Assembly: GCA_964509795.1 (NCBI GenBank) | Contig: CAZDZB010000003.1 | Span: 1 to 32,847 of the forward strand | DNA: 32,847 nucleotides | Direction: 5' to 3' | Origin: an uncultured Christensenellaceae bacterium | GTDB lineage: Bacteria > Bacillota > Clostridia > Christensenellales > UMGS416 | In this document: one piece after another, positions 1-8,826 of the stretch | How positions within the stretch are numbered: position 1 is the stretch's first letter | How the letters are laid out: the number at the start of each line of letters is the position of its first letter | Translations under genes and position numbers: made by a program | Notes under the pieces: generated by a model | The model's input: only the letters and a program-made list of their open reading frames with translations | Databases searched by the model: none | Told to the model about the DNA's origin: nothing

Positions 1-128
1 TATCTCGTTGTATTGTTTACCAAAAATATGTGTTAACTATAATGAGTATAGCACATATAAATATCGTATTCAATTTGCTCTTTTTATAATCATTGATTTT
101 TACATTTAAGTAAGGTATCATTAATTTC

Positions 129-1481
129 GTGAATACAAACTTAAACGAAACATCATTTTTAAACATTATTAAAATTGCTATACCCATAGCATTGCAGCAG
201 CTTCTGACAGCAGGCTTGCAGCTGGTGGATACAGCGTTTATCGTTTCGCTTGGCGATGTTTCCACCACTGCCGTCGGCGCATCCGGCAAGTTTTTTTTTC
301 TTATTAACATGATTATGTTCGGCTTTTGCTCCGGTATGATGGTATTGGCATCACAATATTGGGGAATAAACGACCAAAAATCAATAAAACAGGCGTTTGG
401 ACTGGGTCTAATCAATCTAATGGGTGTCGGAATTATTGCATCTTTGTTTTGTTTCCTGTTCCCGAATGCACTCATTTCACTGTTTACAAATGATGCATAT
501 GTACGGGCAATCGGAGCGGAATATATAAAAATAGCAGGGCTTTCTTTTCTGCCGAGTTCCATCGCCATAACATACTCTCTGCTGCTGCGCTCAACCGCTA
601 AGGTTGGCATTCCTCTTGCTGTTTCATTTGTAAGCGTAGGTCTGAACACTTTGCTTAACTATCTGCTTATTTTCGGGCACATGGGCCTGCCGCGCCTTGA
701 AGTAAAAGGCGCCGCAATAGCTACATTAATAGCTTCTGTTACGCAAGCGCTATTATATATATTAATATGCAAAGCACAAAACAACATTGCAAACATAAAA
801 CTATCACAGCTTGTTCCCAAAAACAGTGAGTTTATTAAAAAATTCTATAAAACATCAATGCCTACTTTAGCCAACGAAACATTGTGGGGCGTGGGCGTTT
901 CTGTGTACGCAGTTATTTTAAGCTGGCAGGGAACCGCAAACTTTGCTGCCTATACTATTTTTTCAGCATATGATCAAATAACACTGACTTTCTTTATCGG
1001 CTTGTGTTCAGCCTGCGGCGTAATAATAGGGAAACTCGTCGGAAAAGATGAACTGAACAAAGCATACGAGTTTGGAAAAAAATACGTGCTTTATACCGTT
1101 GTTTTCGCTGCGTTCATAAGCATACTCCTTGCTTTGTTCGCACCGTTTTTAGTCAGCCTTATGCGTCCTGAGAACGCATATACCTTTGACATGGCGGTAA
1201 AAGTTATGCGGCTGTTTGCAGTAATCTTTCCATTCTTTATAATGTCATATATCGCAATTGTGGGGGTGTTCCGTGCCGCCGGCAGCCCCAAAATCGGCAT
1301 GATATTAGACGGCACAACTGTGTGGTTTGTGGGAATTCCTTTTATTTCGATCGCTGCTTTTTTGCTTAAACTGCCCTTTGAATATATTTACTTTATGACA
1401 GGAACTGAACATTTTGTTAAGTTTTTTGCCTGTGTTATAATTTATAAAAAGCGTAATTGGCTTAACCCGCTGACTCACTAA
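129..1481 (+). CDS. MATE family efflux transporter
   Basis: The 450-aa ORF is polytopic and hydrophobic. The N-terminal IIKIAIPIALQQLL...VDTAFIVSLG signature and the duplicated 6+6 TM layout are typical of MatE proteins. GTG at 129 is the only start upstream of the conserved N-terminus, and its SD (AAGGTA) is weak. Confidence 0.8.
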   Translation: MNTNLNETSFLNIIKIAIPIALQQLLTAGLQLVDTAFIVSLGDVSTTAVGASGKFFFLINMIMFGFCSGMMVLASQYWGINDQKSIKQAFGLGLINLMGVGIIASLFCFLFPNALISLFTNDAYVRAIGAEYIKIAGLSFLPSSIAITYSLLLRSTAKVGIPLAVSFVSVGLNTLLNYLLIFGHMGLPRLEVKGAAIATLIASVTQALLYILICKAQNNIANIKLSQLVPKNSEFIKKFYKTSMPTLANETLWGVGVSVYAVILSWQGTANFAAYTIFSAYDQITLTFFIGLCSACGVIIGKLVGKDELNKAYEFGKKYVLYTVVFAAFISILLALFAPFLVSLMRPENAYTFDMAVKVMRLFAVIFPFFIMSYIAIVGVFRAAGSPKIGMILDGTTVWFVGIPFISIAAFLLKLPFEYIYFMTGTEHFVKFFACVIIYKKRNWLNPLTH

Positions 1482-1501
1482 CAAAATAATAGGAGTTTAA
1501 A

Positions 1502-2698
1502 ATGCTTACCAGCCTTGGACTTATTTTAATTATCGGATACATTTTAGGACTGCTTTTTGAAAAGCTTAATCTTCCTTCACTTCTGGGTATGCTTATTACG
1601 GGAATAATCGTTGGCCCGTTTGCCCTTAACTTGCTGGATAAAAACATACTTATTATATCCGGCGACTTACGCAAATTTGCCCTGATAATCATATTGTTAA
1701 GAGCGGGTCTTGCGCTGGATCTAAGGGATTTAAAGCAGGTAGGCCGCCCTGCAGTGCTTTTGTGTTTCGTTCCCGCAGTTTTTGAAATTGCGGCTATCAC
1801 GCTGATTGCGCCTCACCTTTTTGATATATCATACTTGGAAGCAGGCATTTTGGGTACTGTCATCGCCGCTGTGTCCCCCGCCGTGGTCGTTCCAAGAATG
1901 TTAAAGCTTATGCACCAAAACTACGGAAGCGACAAAAAAATCCCCCAGCTTATCATGGCAGGCGCATCGGTCGATGACATCTTTGTAATAATTTTGTTCT
2001 TTACCTTGCTTCGCATTTCCCAAGGCGGACAGGTGACTACTTTTGACTTTTTTAAAGCACCTTTAAGCATAATTCTAGGGGCGGCTTTTGGAGTAATCAC
2101 TGGATATTCGCTGTCTTACATATTTAAACGGTTTCACATACGTGATTCATCAAAAATTATTATCCTGCTTTCTCTTTCCATTCTGCTTGTCGCTCTGGAA
2201 ACTGTAACTGAAAGCTATCTTCCCTTTTCAGCACTGCTTGGCGTAATGTTTGCAGGCATGACCATATTAAAGCAGCTGCCTAACCTGGCGGCCAGGCTTT
2301 CTGCCAAGCTTTCAAAGCTGTGGATTGCCGCCGAAATCATTTTGTTTGTGCTGGTCGGCGCGGCTGTTGATTTGTCAGTTTTGAAAATCGTCTCCATAAG
2401 CGCGGTTATTCTGCTTGCCTTCTCCCTAGGTGCCAGAATGCTTGGAGTCATCCTAAGCGTGTCAGGAAGCCATCTTAACGCCAAAGAAAGGGTGTTCTGC
2501 ATGGTGGCATACACTCCTAAAGCTACAGTGCAGGCGGCAATCGGAAGCATACCATTAGCCTATGGTTTATCAAGCGGAAACATCATACTGGCTGTTGCCG
2601 TGCTTTCAATTATTATAACGGCTCCCATAGGCGCGCTGCTGATTGACAAGCTGAAAACAAACCTGCATCACGAAGAGTCAACTGATATTTATACATAA
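1502..2698 (+). CDS. cation:proton antiporter (Na+/H+ exchanger family)
   Basis: The 398-aa membrane ORF has an N-terminus (LGLILIIGYILGLLFEKLNLPSLLGMLITGIIVGP) typical of CPA/Na_H_Exchanger proteins. An AGGAG SD sits 7 nt upstream of the ATG. It lies 20 nt after the MATE gene and is probably co-transcribed with it. Confidence 0.75.
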   Translation: MLTSLGLILIIGYILGLLFEKLNLPSLLGMLITGIIVGPFALNLLDKNILIISGDLRKFALIIILLRAGLALDLRDLKQVGRPAVLLCFVPAVFEIAAITLIAPHLFDISYLEAGILGTVIAAVSPAVVVPRMLKLMHQNYGSDKKIPQLIMAGASVDDIFVIILFFTLLRISQGGQVTTFDFFKAPLSIILGAAFGVITGYSLSYIFKRFHIRDSSKIIILLSLSILLVALETVTESYLPFSALLGVMFAGMTILKQLPNLAARLSAKLSKLWIAAEIILFVLVGAAVDLSVLKIVSISAVILLAFSLGARMLGVILSVSGSHLNAKERVFCMVAYTPKATVQAAIGSIPLAYGLSSGNIILAVAVLSIIITAPIGALLIDKLKTNLHHEESTDIYT

Positions 2699-2756
2699 GT
2701 GATTCATTATTACTCAAATGCTGTCCAGAGGAAATAATACCAAAGCTATAAATTAA

Positions 2757-3227
2757 TTAAACCTTTTTCATATAATTTCTAATCAATTCTGCTTTCTTTT
2801 GTCCTCCTGGCATAACAGAATATAAATCAATCCAATCTTCCAAAGAGCAAAAAGGAATTTTTATACCATTAAAATCCACGCTATCACCTATTGATTTTTC
2901 GGAAAAATCATATCTATACTTACCGTCTCCTGTGTTAATTGTGAAACCCGATATTAAATCAATGCCTATTTGGTCAATTTTATATTTATAAAAATAATCA
3001 GATGTATATGAGCTGTTTGGTTCTTTCTTTACAGATTCTCCCAAAGAATCTATTGCTAATATTACCTTATCTATATCCTGCGTTTTAACAAAAATATCAA
3101 TGTCATTGGGGCCTTCGCACAGTCCATAATTGTTCAGCATCAATGACGCTCCCACCGCCCATACAGCATCAGCAGTATTCAGCCTTTCGCCGACTTTCAT
3201 CAAAACATCAAACAACTGTTTTTTCAT
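2757..3227 (-). CDS. small Pol-beta-fold nucleotidyltransferase (LnuA / ANT(2'')-like architecture)
   Basis: The 156-aa ORF carries the hG[GS]-x(n)-DhDh motif (VGASLMLNNYGLCEGPNDIDIFV). Its C-terminal IKIPFCSLEDWIDLY resembles the KIPCIS / RCNSWEAII region of small antibiotic nucleotidyltransferases. A GGAGAA SD is present. The gene looks more AT-rich than its neighbours by eye. Confidence 0.5.
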   Translation of the reverse strand: MKKQLFDVLMKVGERLNTADAVWAVGASLMLNNYGLCEGPNDIDIFVKTQDIDKVILAIDSLGESVKKEPNSSYTSDYFYKYKIDQIGIDLISGFTINTGDGKYRYDFSEKSIGDSVDFNGIKIPFCSLEDWIDLYSVMPGGQKKAELIRNYMKKV

Positions 3228-3252
3228 ACTTTCTCCGCTCTAAACATAATAA

Positions 3253-3282
3253 AAAAGGCCACTGAACACTCAATAGCCTTTT
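3253..3282 (-). terminator. putative intrinsic terminator downstream of gpmI
   Basis: The stem AAAAGGC / GCCTTTT has a large loop. On the minus strand it is followed by a T-run (the A-run 3251-3256 on the plus strand). Confidence 0.4.
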
Positions 3283-3292
3283 ATCATAATGA

Positions 3293-4834
3293 TTATTTTA
3301 TTAAACTCTTGCCTGTCATCTCTTCAGGAATTTCAATTCCCATCATGGTAAGCAGTGTAGGCGCTACGTCGGCCAGCTTGCCGTCATCATAAAGCTCAAT
3401 GTCATCTTTTTCATCGTCAATAACTATGAAAGGAACCGGGTTGTCTACAGTATGGGCAGTGTATGGGACATTCTTTTCATAATCCCACATTTTTTCCGCG
3501 TTGCCGTGGTCGGCCGTTATTATTATTTTGCCGCCCTCTGCCCTGATGGCTTCAACCACTTTGCCCACGCATGTGTCTACGGCTTCCACCGCGTCAATCG
3601 CTGCCTGCAGCACGCCGGTGTGCCCCACCATGTCGCAGTTGGCATAGTTCATTATTATAACATCATATTTTTGTGCTTTTATTTCCTTTAATACAGCTTC
3701 TGTCACTTCATATGCGCTCATTTCGGGCTTCATGTCAAATGTCGCGATTTTTGGAGAATCAATTAATATTCTGTCTTCTCCTTTGTTTGGCGTTTCAACG
3801 CCGCCGTTGAAGAAATATGTAACATGGGCATATTTTTGAGTTTCCGCTATGCGCAGTTGTTTTAGCCCAAGATTTGAAATATACTCTCCCAATGTGTTTT
3901 CATATGTCTGTGGCCTAAAAGCTGCCTCTATTGTAAATGTAGCATCATAAACTGTCATTGTTACAAAGCAAAGGTCAAGATATCCTTTTTTTCTTTTAAA
4001 TCCGTCAAAACCTTCTGTTATAAAGGCATTAGTCAGCTGCCTTGCCCTGTCCGGGCGGAAGTTAAAGAATATTACGGAATCCTTGCCGCATACTTTTCCT
4101 GTGGGTTTGCCGCCCTCCAGCACAACTGTAGGTTTTACAAATTCGTCTGTTTCGCCTTTGTCGTAGGATTGCTGCATAGCTTCTTCCGGGCTGTTTGCCA
4201 TTACGCCTTCACCGTCAGCTATAGCTGAATAGGAAAGAGATACCCTTTCCCATATGTTGTCTCTATCCATTGCATAAAAACGGCCTGCGATTGTTGCGAT
4301 TTTGCCAAGTCCGATTTTTTTAAGATCAGCTTCCAGTTCTTTTATAAAGTCAAGTCCTGAACTAGGGGGTACGTCACGTCCGTCCATAAAGCAGTGAATA
4401 TATACATCCTTCACTTTAAACCGCTTTGCCATCTCGACACACGCCAGCAAATGGTCCATGTGCGAATGCACGCCGCCGTCTGACACCAATCCTAAAAGGT
4501 GCAAAGCGGAATTGTTTTTTACGGCGTTTTCCATGGCAGAGACAAGGGCCTTATTTTCAAAAAACTCTCCGTCTTCTATGGCTTTTGTTATTCTTGTAAG
4601 CGGCTGATATATTATCCTGCCTGCTCCTAAATTTAAGTGGCCAACTTCGCTGTTTCCCATCTGCCCTTTAGGCAAGCCCACATAGGGGCCGAAACAGTTT
4701 ATAGTTGTATAAGGGTATTTGTCAAAAAGCTTTTCAAGGTTAGGCCTTTTGGCGTCCGTTACGGCGTTGTATTTGTCAGGCTTCGCGCAGCCGTAACCAT
4801 CCATTATTATTAAAGTTGCTAAAGGCTTTTTCAT
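3293..4834 (-). CDS. gpmI: 2,3-bisphosphoglycerate-independent phosphoglycerate mutase
   Basis: The product matches iPGM along its full length (LIIMDGYG, SEVGHLNLGAGR, SDGGVHSH, ITADHGNAE). I trimmed the start to the ATG at 4834 (MKKPLATLII...), which lies 1 nt after the tpiA stop. The 10 extra codons of the track ORF overlap tpiA. Confidence 0.95.
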   Translation of the reverse strand: MKKPLATLIIMDGYGCAKPDKYNAVTDAKRPNLEKLFDKYPYTTINCFGPYVGLPKGQMGNSEVGHLNLGAGRIIYQPLTRITKAIEDGEFFENKALVSAMENAVKNNSALHLLGLVSDGGVHSHMDHLLACVEMAKRFKVKDVYIHCFMDGRDVPPSSGLDFIKELEADLKKIGLGKIATIAGRFYAMDRDNIWERVSLSYSAIADGEGVMANSPEEAMQQSYDKGETDEFVKPTVVLEGGKPTGKVCGKDSVIFFNFRPDRARQLTNAFITEGFDGFKRKKGYLDLCFVTMTVYDATFTIEAAFRPQTYENTLGEYISNLGLKQLRIAETQKYAHVTYFFNGGVETPNKGEDRILIDSPKIATFDMKPEMSAYEVTEAVLKEIKAQKYDVIIMNYANCDMVGHTGVLQAAIDAVEAVDTCVGKVVEAIRAEGGKIIITADHGNAEKMWDYEKNVPYTAHTVDNPVPFIVIDDEKDDIELYDDGKLADVAPTLLTMMGIEIPEEMTGKSLIK

Positions 4835-4835
4835 A

Positions 4836-5588
4836 TTATTTGTCATAGTTAACGATAGCTGCAAAATCCTCTGCTTTCAAGCTTGCACCGCCAACTAAGC
4901 CTCCGTCTATTTCCGGCTGTGCCATCAGGCCCACTACATTGTTAGGCTTCATTGAGCCGCCGTATTGTATCCTCACTGCGTCAGCGGTCTCTTTGCCAAA
5001 GTCAGCTTCCACCTGTGCACGTATATATCCTATCACTTCATTGGCGTCCTCATCGGTCGCTGTTTTTCCTGTGCCTATTGCCCATATTGGTTCATATGCT
5101 ATAACCGCTGTTTTTACCTCATCATTGCTTAAGCCTGACAAGGCTGCCTGCATCTGATACTGCACCAATGTTCTTGTTACTCCGGCTTCACGCTGCTCAA
5201 GTGTTTCTCCGCAGCAGATAATGGGCTTAAGGTTATGCTGCAAAGCCAGCTTCACCTTTTTGTTGACGCTGTCATTTGTTTCATTGAAATATTCTCTTCT
5301 TTCGCTGTGGCCTATTATTACGTATTCCACGCCCATAGACTCCAGCATCTCCGGAGCAACTTCCCCTGTGAACGCTCCGGAATCCTGAAAATAGCAGTTC
5401 TGCGCTCCTATTTTCACATTTGAGCCTGCTGCTGCTTTTATTGCTGCGTCCAGGCATACAAAAGTGGGGCATACCACTACATCGCAGTTTGCGTCCTTTA
5501 CTAAGGGTTTTAATTCCTCAATTAATTTTACAGCCTCCTGGGGCGTTTTATTCATTTTCCAGTTTCCTGCAATTATTGCTTTTCTCAT
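4836..5588 (-). CDS. tpiA: triosephosphate isomerase
   Basis: The 250-aa product has the motifs [15 protein letters not shown] and [11 protein letters not shown]. An AAAGGA SD is present. Confidence 0.95.
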   Translation of the reverse strand: MRKAIIAGNWKMNKTPQEAVKLIEELKPLVKDANCDVVVCPTFVCLDAAIKAAAGSNVKIGAQNCYFQDSGAFTGEVAPEMLESMGVEYVIIGHSERREYFNETNDSVNKKVKLALQHNLKPIICCGETLEQREAGVTRTLVQYQMQAALSGLSNDEVKTAVIAYEPIWAIGTGKTATDEDANEVIGYIRAQVEADFGKETADAVRIQYGGSMKPNNVVGLMAQPEIDGGLVGGASLKAEDFAAIVNYDK

Positions 5589-5608
5589 CTATAGTATCCT
5601 TTCACAAA

Positions 5609-6790
5609 TTATTTATCCTGTATTGCGGCTATTCCGGGCAAAACTTTGCCTTCCATGAATTCCAGTGAGGCGCCGCCGCCTGTTGAAATGTGGCTCATCT
5701 TGTCGGCAAATCCCAGCTTTTCTACTGCTGCAGCTGAGTCTCCGCCGCCGATTATTGTCATGCCGTCAATTTCAGCCATGGCCTGCGCCACTGCTATTGT
5801 GCCGTAAGCAAAGTTAGGAAATTCCGACACCCCCATGGGGCCGTTCCAAATGACTGTTTTTGCTTTGGCTATTTCATCCGCAAATATTTTTTGTGTATCC
5901 GGGCCTATGTCCATGCCTTCCCATCCGTCAGGAATGTCCCTTGAGTGGAATGTGGCGCGCATTGTATCGTTTGAAAATTCCTGGCCAGCCTCATTATCCA
6001 CAGGCAACAGCAGCTTAACTCCCTTTTCTTTTGCCAAATCCATCATTTCCTTAGCGAACTCTATCCTATCTGCGTCAAGCAGAGAATCGCCTATTTTTCC
6101 GCCCAATGCTTTTTGGAATGTATAGCTCATGCCTCCGCCTATCAATAAAACGTCTACTTTGTCAAGCAGGTTGCGAATAACACCTAATTTATCTTTTACT
6201 TTTGCTCCACCGAGTATCGCGATAAACGGACGCTCAGGTTTCTCTAAAGCTTTTCCGATAAATTCAATTTCCTTTTCCAGCAAAAAACCCATTGCCGATG
6301 GCAAAAACTCCGCTATACCGGCAGTGGATGAGTGCGCCCTGTGCGCTGCACCAAAAGCATCATTTACATAGATATCTGCGAGAGACGCAAGCTGCTTTGA
6401 AAATTCTTTGTCATTTTTAGTTTCACCCGGCATATATCTTACGTTTTCCAGCATTACTACTTCGCCTTCTTTAACATCAGCGGCTAATGATTTTGCGCTT
6501 TCCCCCACAACGTCTTTTGCCAGCTTTACTTCCTGTCCCAGAAGTTCACTAAGCCTTTTTGCGCAGGGAGCCAGGGAAAACTCTGGCTTAAATTCACCAT
6601 TAGGCCTGCCAAGGTGAGCGCAAAGGATTAGTTTCGCGCCTTTATCCAGCAGATATTTAATTGTAGGAAGCGCTGCCTGAATTCGATTGTCATCGGTTAT
6701 AACTCCATTATCAAGCGGCACATTAAAGTCTACTCTGGCTATCACTTTCTTGCCTTTAACGTCAATGTCTTTAATTGTCATTTTGTTCAT
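5609..6790 (-). CDS. pgk: phosphoglycerate kinase
   Basis: The motifs [17 protein letters not shown] and STGGGASLE are present. I trimmed the start to the ATG at 6790 (MNKMTIKDI...), preceded by an AGGAGA SD. The 22 upstream codons of the track ORF have no homology support. Confidence 0.95.
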   Translation of the reverse strand: MNKMTIKDIDVKGKKVIARVDFNVPLDNGVITDDNRIQAALPTIKYLLDKGAKLILCAHLGRPNGEFKPEFSLAPCAKRLSELLGQEVKLAKDVVGESAKSLAADVKEGEVVMLENVRYMPGETKNDKEFSKQLASLADIYVNDAFGAAHRAHSSTAGIAEFLPSAMGFLLEKEIEFIGKALEKPERPFIAILGGAKVKDKLGVIRNLLDKVDVLLIGGGMSYTFQKALGGKIGDSLLDADRIEFAKEMMDLAKEKGVKLLLPVDNEAGQEFSNDTMRATFHSRDIPDGWEGMDIGPDTQKIFADEIAKAKTVIWNGPMGVSEFPNFAYGTIAVAQAMAEIDGMTIIGGGDSAAAVEKLGFADKMSHISTGGGASLEFMEGKVLPGIAAIQDK

Positions 6791-7046
6791 GAAATTTCTC
6801 CTTATAAATGTTGTATACATTATATATAATACATTGCATACTAATTTTTTCTGCAATAAAATATATTATAAAATTACCTGACACACTATTACCAATTATT
6901 ATACCTCTTTGTTTTACATTAAACAGAGTTTTTGATTGATATTTCACCAATATTACTTTCTTAATATGTTCTCTGCTTAATGCAAAAATACAAACTTGCG
7001 TATCAAAACTAATTATACCTTAATAAACTTTTTGGTTCAAGTAACT

Positions 7047-7064
7047 TTGTTAATTTTATCACAT
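7047..7064. promoter_or_regulatory. weak Rex-box-like palindrome in the pgk / C_GCAxxG_C_C intergenic region
   Basis: The site reads TTGTTAA-TTTT-ATCACAT. The left half is a perfect clostridial Rex half-site. The right half matches 5 of 7 positions of TTCACAA. Confidence 0.25.
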
Positions 7065-7188
7065 ACATTTATCGGTTTTCTGTATATTTATTCATTAAAG
7101 CTCTCCACATCAAATATTTGAATATTTATTTATTGATTTAATATGATACATTTGATAAAATCAAAAAAACAAAAGTAGGGAATGCAAA

Positions 7189-7605
7189 ATGTCAGCAAAA
7201 GGTAAAATCGCAAAAGAGTTTTATACTCGCCCCAACACAAACTGCGCACAAGCAGCATTATGCGCTTTCTTCAGGGAAGCAGGCATTTCAGAAGAAACCG
7301 CAATGAAAGTTGCCTCAGGTTTTGGCGGCGGAGTGCGGGATAAAGAAGTATGTGGGGCAATTTGCGGCACCATAATGGCACTTGGGCTGATACTGGGCCA
7401 AAAAAACGAAGATGATGTTGATGCAAAAAAGCAAGTCTCTGAACTAACCATAGAATTTCATAAAAAGTTTAAAGAAAAACACAGTTCCATTGTCTGCAGA
7501 GATTTAAAAGAAAAAAATATCTGCGCCCAGCTTATTTATGACAGCGCAGATATTTTAGAAAGTTTACTTAAAGATCAGGGTATCATATGCCCCGCTGTAA
7601 GGTAG
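7189..7605 (+). CDS. C_GCAxxG_C_C family putative redox-active protein
   Basis: The 138-aa product has NCAQAALCAF ... GFGGG ... CGAICGTIMALGL ... CRDL, the cysteine pattern that names the family. Confidence 0.8.
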   Translation: MSAKGKIAKEFYTRPNTNCAQAALCAFFREAGISEETAMKVASGFGGGVRDKEVCGAICGTIMALGLILGQKNEDDVDAKKQVSELTIEFHKKFKEKHSSIVCRDLKEKNICAQLIYDSADILESLLKDQGIICPAVR

Positions 7606-8486
7606 AGCCTGTACCATTCTTTTCTAGTCAATTCAATTCCCGCAGCCATTGCGCTCTTTTTAACGCGTTCAGGGTTTGTCGTTCCCACTACGGCCTGCTT
7701 AAAGGCCGGATGCCTCAATATCCAGGTTATGCTTATTGTAATAGGGTCAACGTTGTATTTCTGCGCTAGAATGTCTATCTCTTTATTTAGATCAGCGAAC
7801 TTTTCGTTGCCCAGGAATATGCCTTCAAACCAGCCATACTGCATAGGCGACCAGGCCTGAAGCGCGATGTCATTTATCCGCGCATATTCCAAAATGCCGC
7901 CGTCTCTGTTTATTGCTCCGTCAAATACCGTATTCATGCACATTCCGTTATCAATTACAGGTGTATGGGCAATGGATAGCTGTATCTGATTTACGCTGAT
8001 TTTCTGACTTACATACTTTTGCACATACTCTATCTGATACGGTGTAAAGTTGCTTACGCCGAAATTGCGTACTTTCCCTTTTGAAGATAATTCGTCAAAG
8101 GCTTCTGCAATTTCTTCGCCCTCCATCAATGTATCAGGCCTGTGCAAAAGCAGATAGTCAACATAATCTGTTTTTAATGCCTTAAGGCTGTCATCCACCT
8201 GGCGAAGAATGTGCTCTTTTGAAAAATCATAATAATCTCCGCCTTCCCAGCTTCTTATGCCGCATTTTGTCTGAATATAAATTTGTTCTCTTAAATCGTC
8301 GTTTATTGTAAGGCTGTCTCCGAACCTCTTTTCACATACATGGTCGCCTCCGTATTTATCCGCGTGATCAAAGAAATTTATTCCGCTTTCTATGGCCGCA
8401 TTAAATAAATTCTGGATTTCTGTATTTGTTTTGTTTTCCACTCTGAACCAGCCTAAGGCTACTTTTGAAGGTTTTGTTTTTCCCAT
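7575..8486 (-). CDS. aldo/keto reductase
   Basis: The 303-aa product has GINFFDHADKYG, LLLHRPD and GVSNF, and the C-terminal ...WYRLYLTAGHMIP is typical of YdhF-like AKRs. An AAAGGAAG SD is present. Confidence 0.85.
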   Translation of the reverse strand: MGKTKPSKVALGWFRVENKTNTEIQNLFNAAIESGINFFDHADKYGGDHVCEKRFGDSLTINDDLREQIYIQTKCGIRSWEGGDYYDFSKEHILRQVDDSLKALKTDYVDYLLLHRPDTLMEGEEIAEAFDELSSKGKVRNFGVSNFTPYQIEYVQKYVSQKISVNQIQLSIAHTPVIDNGMCMNTVFDGAINRDGGILEYARINDIALQAWSPMQYGWFEGIFLGNEKFADLNKEIDILAQKYNVDPITISITWILRHPAFKQAVVGTTNPERVKKSAMAAGIELTRKEWYRLYLTAGHMIP

Positions 8487-8606
8487 AATTTTATTCTTCC
8501 TTTCATATATAATTCTAGAGTAATGCAGCCGCTTTGTAAAGCCCGTCCCTATATATTTAACATTAGTTTTTTTAAAATAATTTCACAATTCATAATAATA
8601 TTTAAC

Positions 8607-8635
8607 TTGTATTTTTTTTCACTTCATCATATAAT
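8607..8635 (+). promoter_or_regulatory. sigma-A-type promoter for corA
   Basis: TTGTAT (8607-8612), a 17-nt spacer, then TATAAT (8630-8635). The predicted TSS is near 8642. Confidence 0.5.
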
Positions 8636-8641
8636 GATAAG

Positions 8642-8826
8642 GCAGGGTTCGCCCTGAAAAACAAACAATAGGAGGTAAAAGTCGTGGACGCAGATCCGGG
8701 AAGTAGAACCAGTACAACAAAATACGCCTTTATAGCTTTAAGCGGCTTTTGCTCATTTTAGTTTAAACATTTTCTAATTTGGCTTTCCCCCGCTTGTTAG
8801 CATAACAGGCAGAGAGGAGGAAAGCT
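8642..8826 (+). promoter_or_regulatory. structured ~185-nt corA leader with SD-sequestering helix and SD-preceded uORF
   Basis: - A 5' hairpin CAGGG-UUCG-CCCUG lies at 8643-8656.
- AGGAGG (8670-8675) is followed 8 nt later by a GTG that opens a 25-codon uORF (8684-8761).
- CTTTCCCCC (8783-8791) can pair with 8 of 9 bases of the corA SD GGAGGAAAG (8816-8824), enclosing the hairpin at 8792-8810. Confidence 0.4.

Noticed and set aside
17-649. A 210-aa minus-strand ORF antisense to the MATE gene. Many similar 60-140-aa ORFs lie antisense to or out of frame with the large genes, for example 2215-2550, 5835-6125, 10483-11265, 15300-15725, 17322-17633, 29436-29870 and 32089-32394.
   Set aside because: They lie wholly inside strongly supported genes, have no SD or recognisable domains, and show the skewed composition expected of antisense frames.
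4835-4864. N-terminal extensions in the ORF track for gpmI. The same applies to pgk (6791-6856), rpsU (14387-14482), the S41 peptidase (15960-16004), the DUF4352 lipoprotein (23401-23556), the capA-like gene (23623-23661), hydB (30620-30628) and aspS (32755-32787).
   Set aside because: In each case an internal ATG with a proper SD, or a proper signal peptide, matches the conserved family N-terminus. The extensions overlap neighbouring genes or promoters.
5994-6002. Perfect DnaA box TTATCCACA, with a weaker TCTCCACA near 7097, next to the 398-bp AT-rich spacer. This raised the possibility of a replication origin.
   Set aside because: It is a single perfect box and lies inside the pgk coding sequence. 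There is no cluster of boxes and no dnaA or dnaN context. The AT-rich spacer is explained by two divergent promoters.
3293-6790. The glycolytic operon lacks gap upstream and eno downstream, which could suggest an unusual rearrangement.
   Set aside because: pgk-tpiA-gpmI blocks separated from gap and eno are common in Clostridia. Nothing in the sequence suggests disruption such as pseudogene remnants or mobile elements.
8642-8826. M-box (ykoK) Mg2+ riboswitch upstream of corA.
   Set aside because: The length and location fit, but I could not find the conserved M-box core sequences as I remember them. I report the region instead as an unclassified leader. An Infernal scan is needed to settle this.
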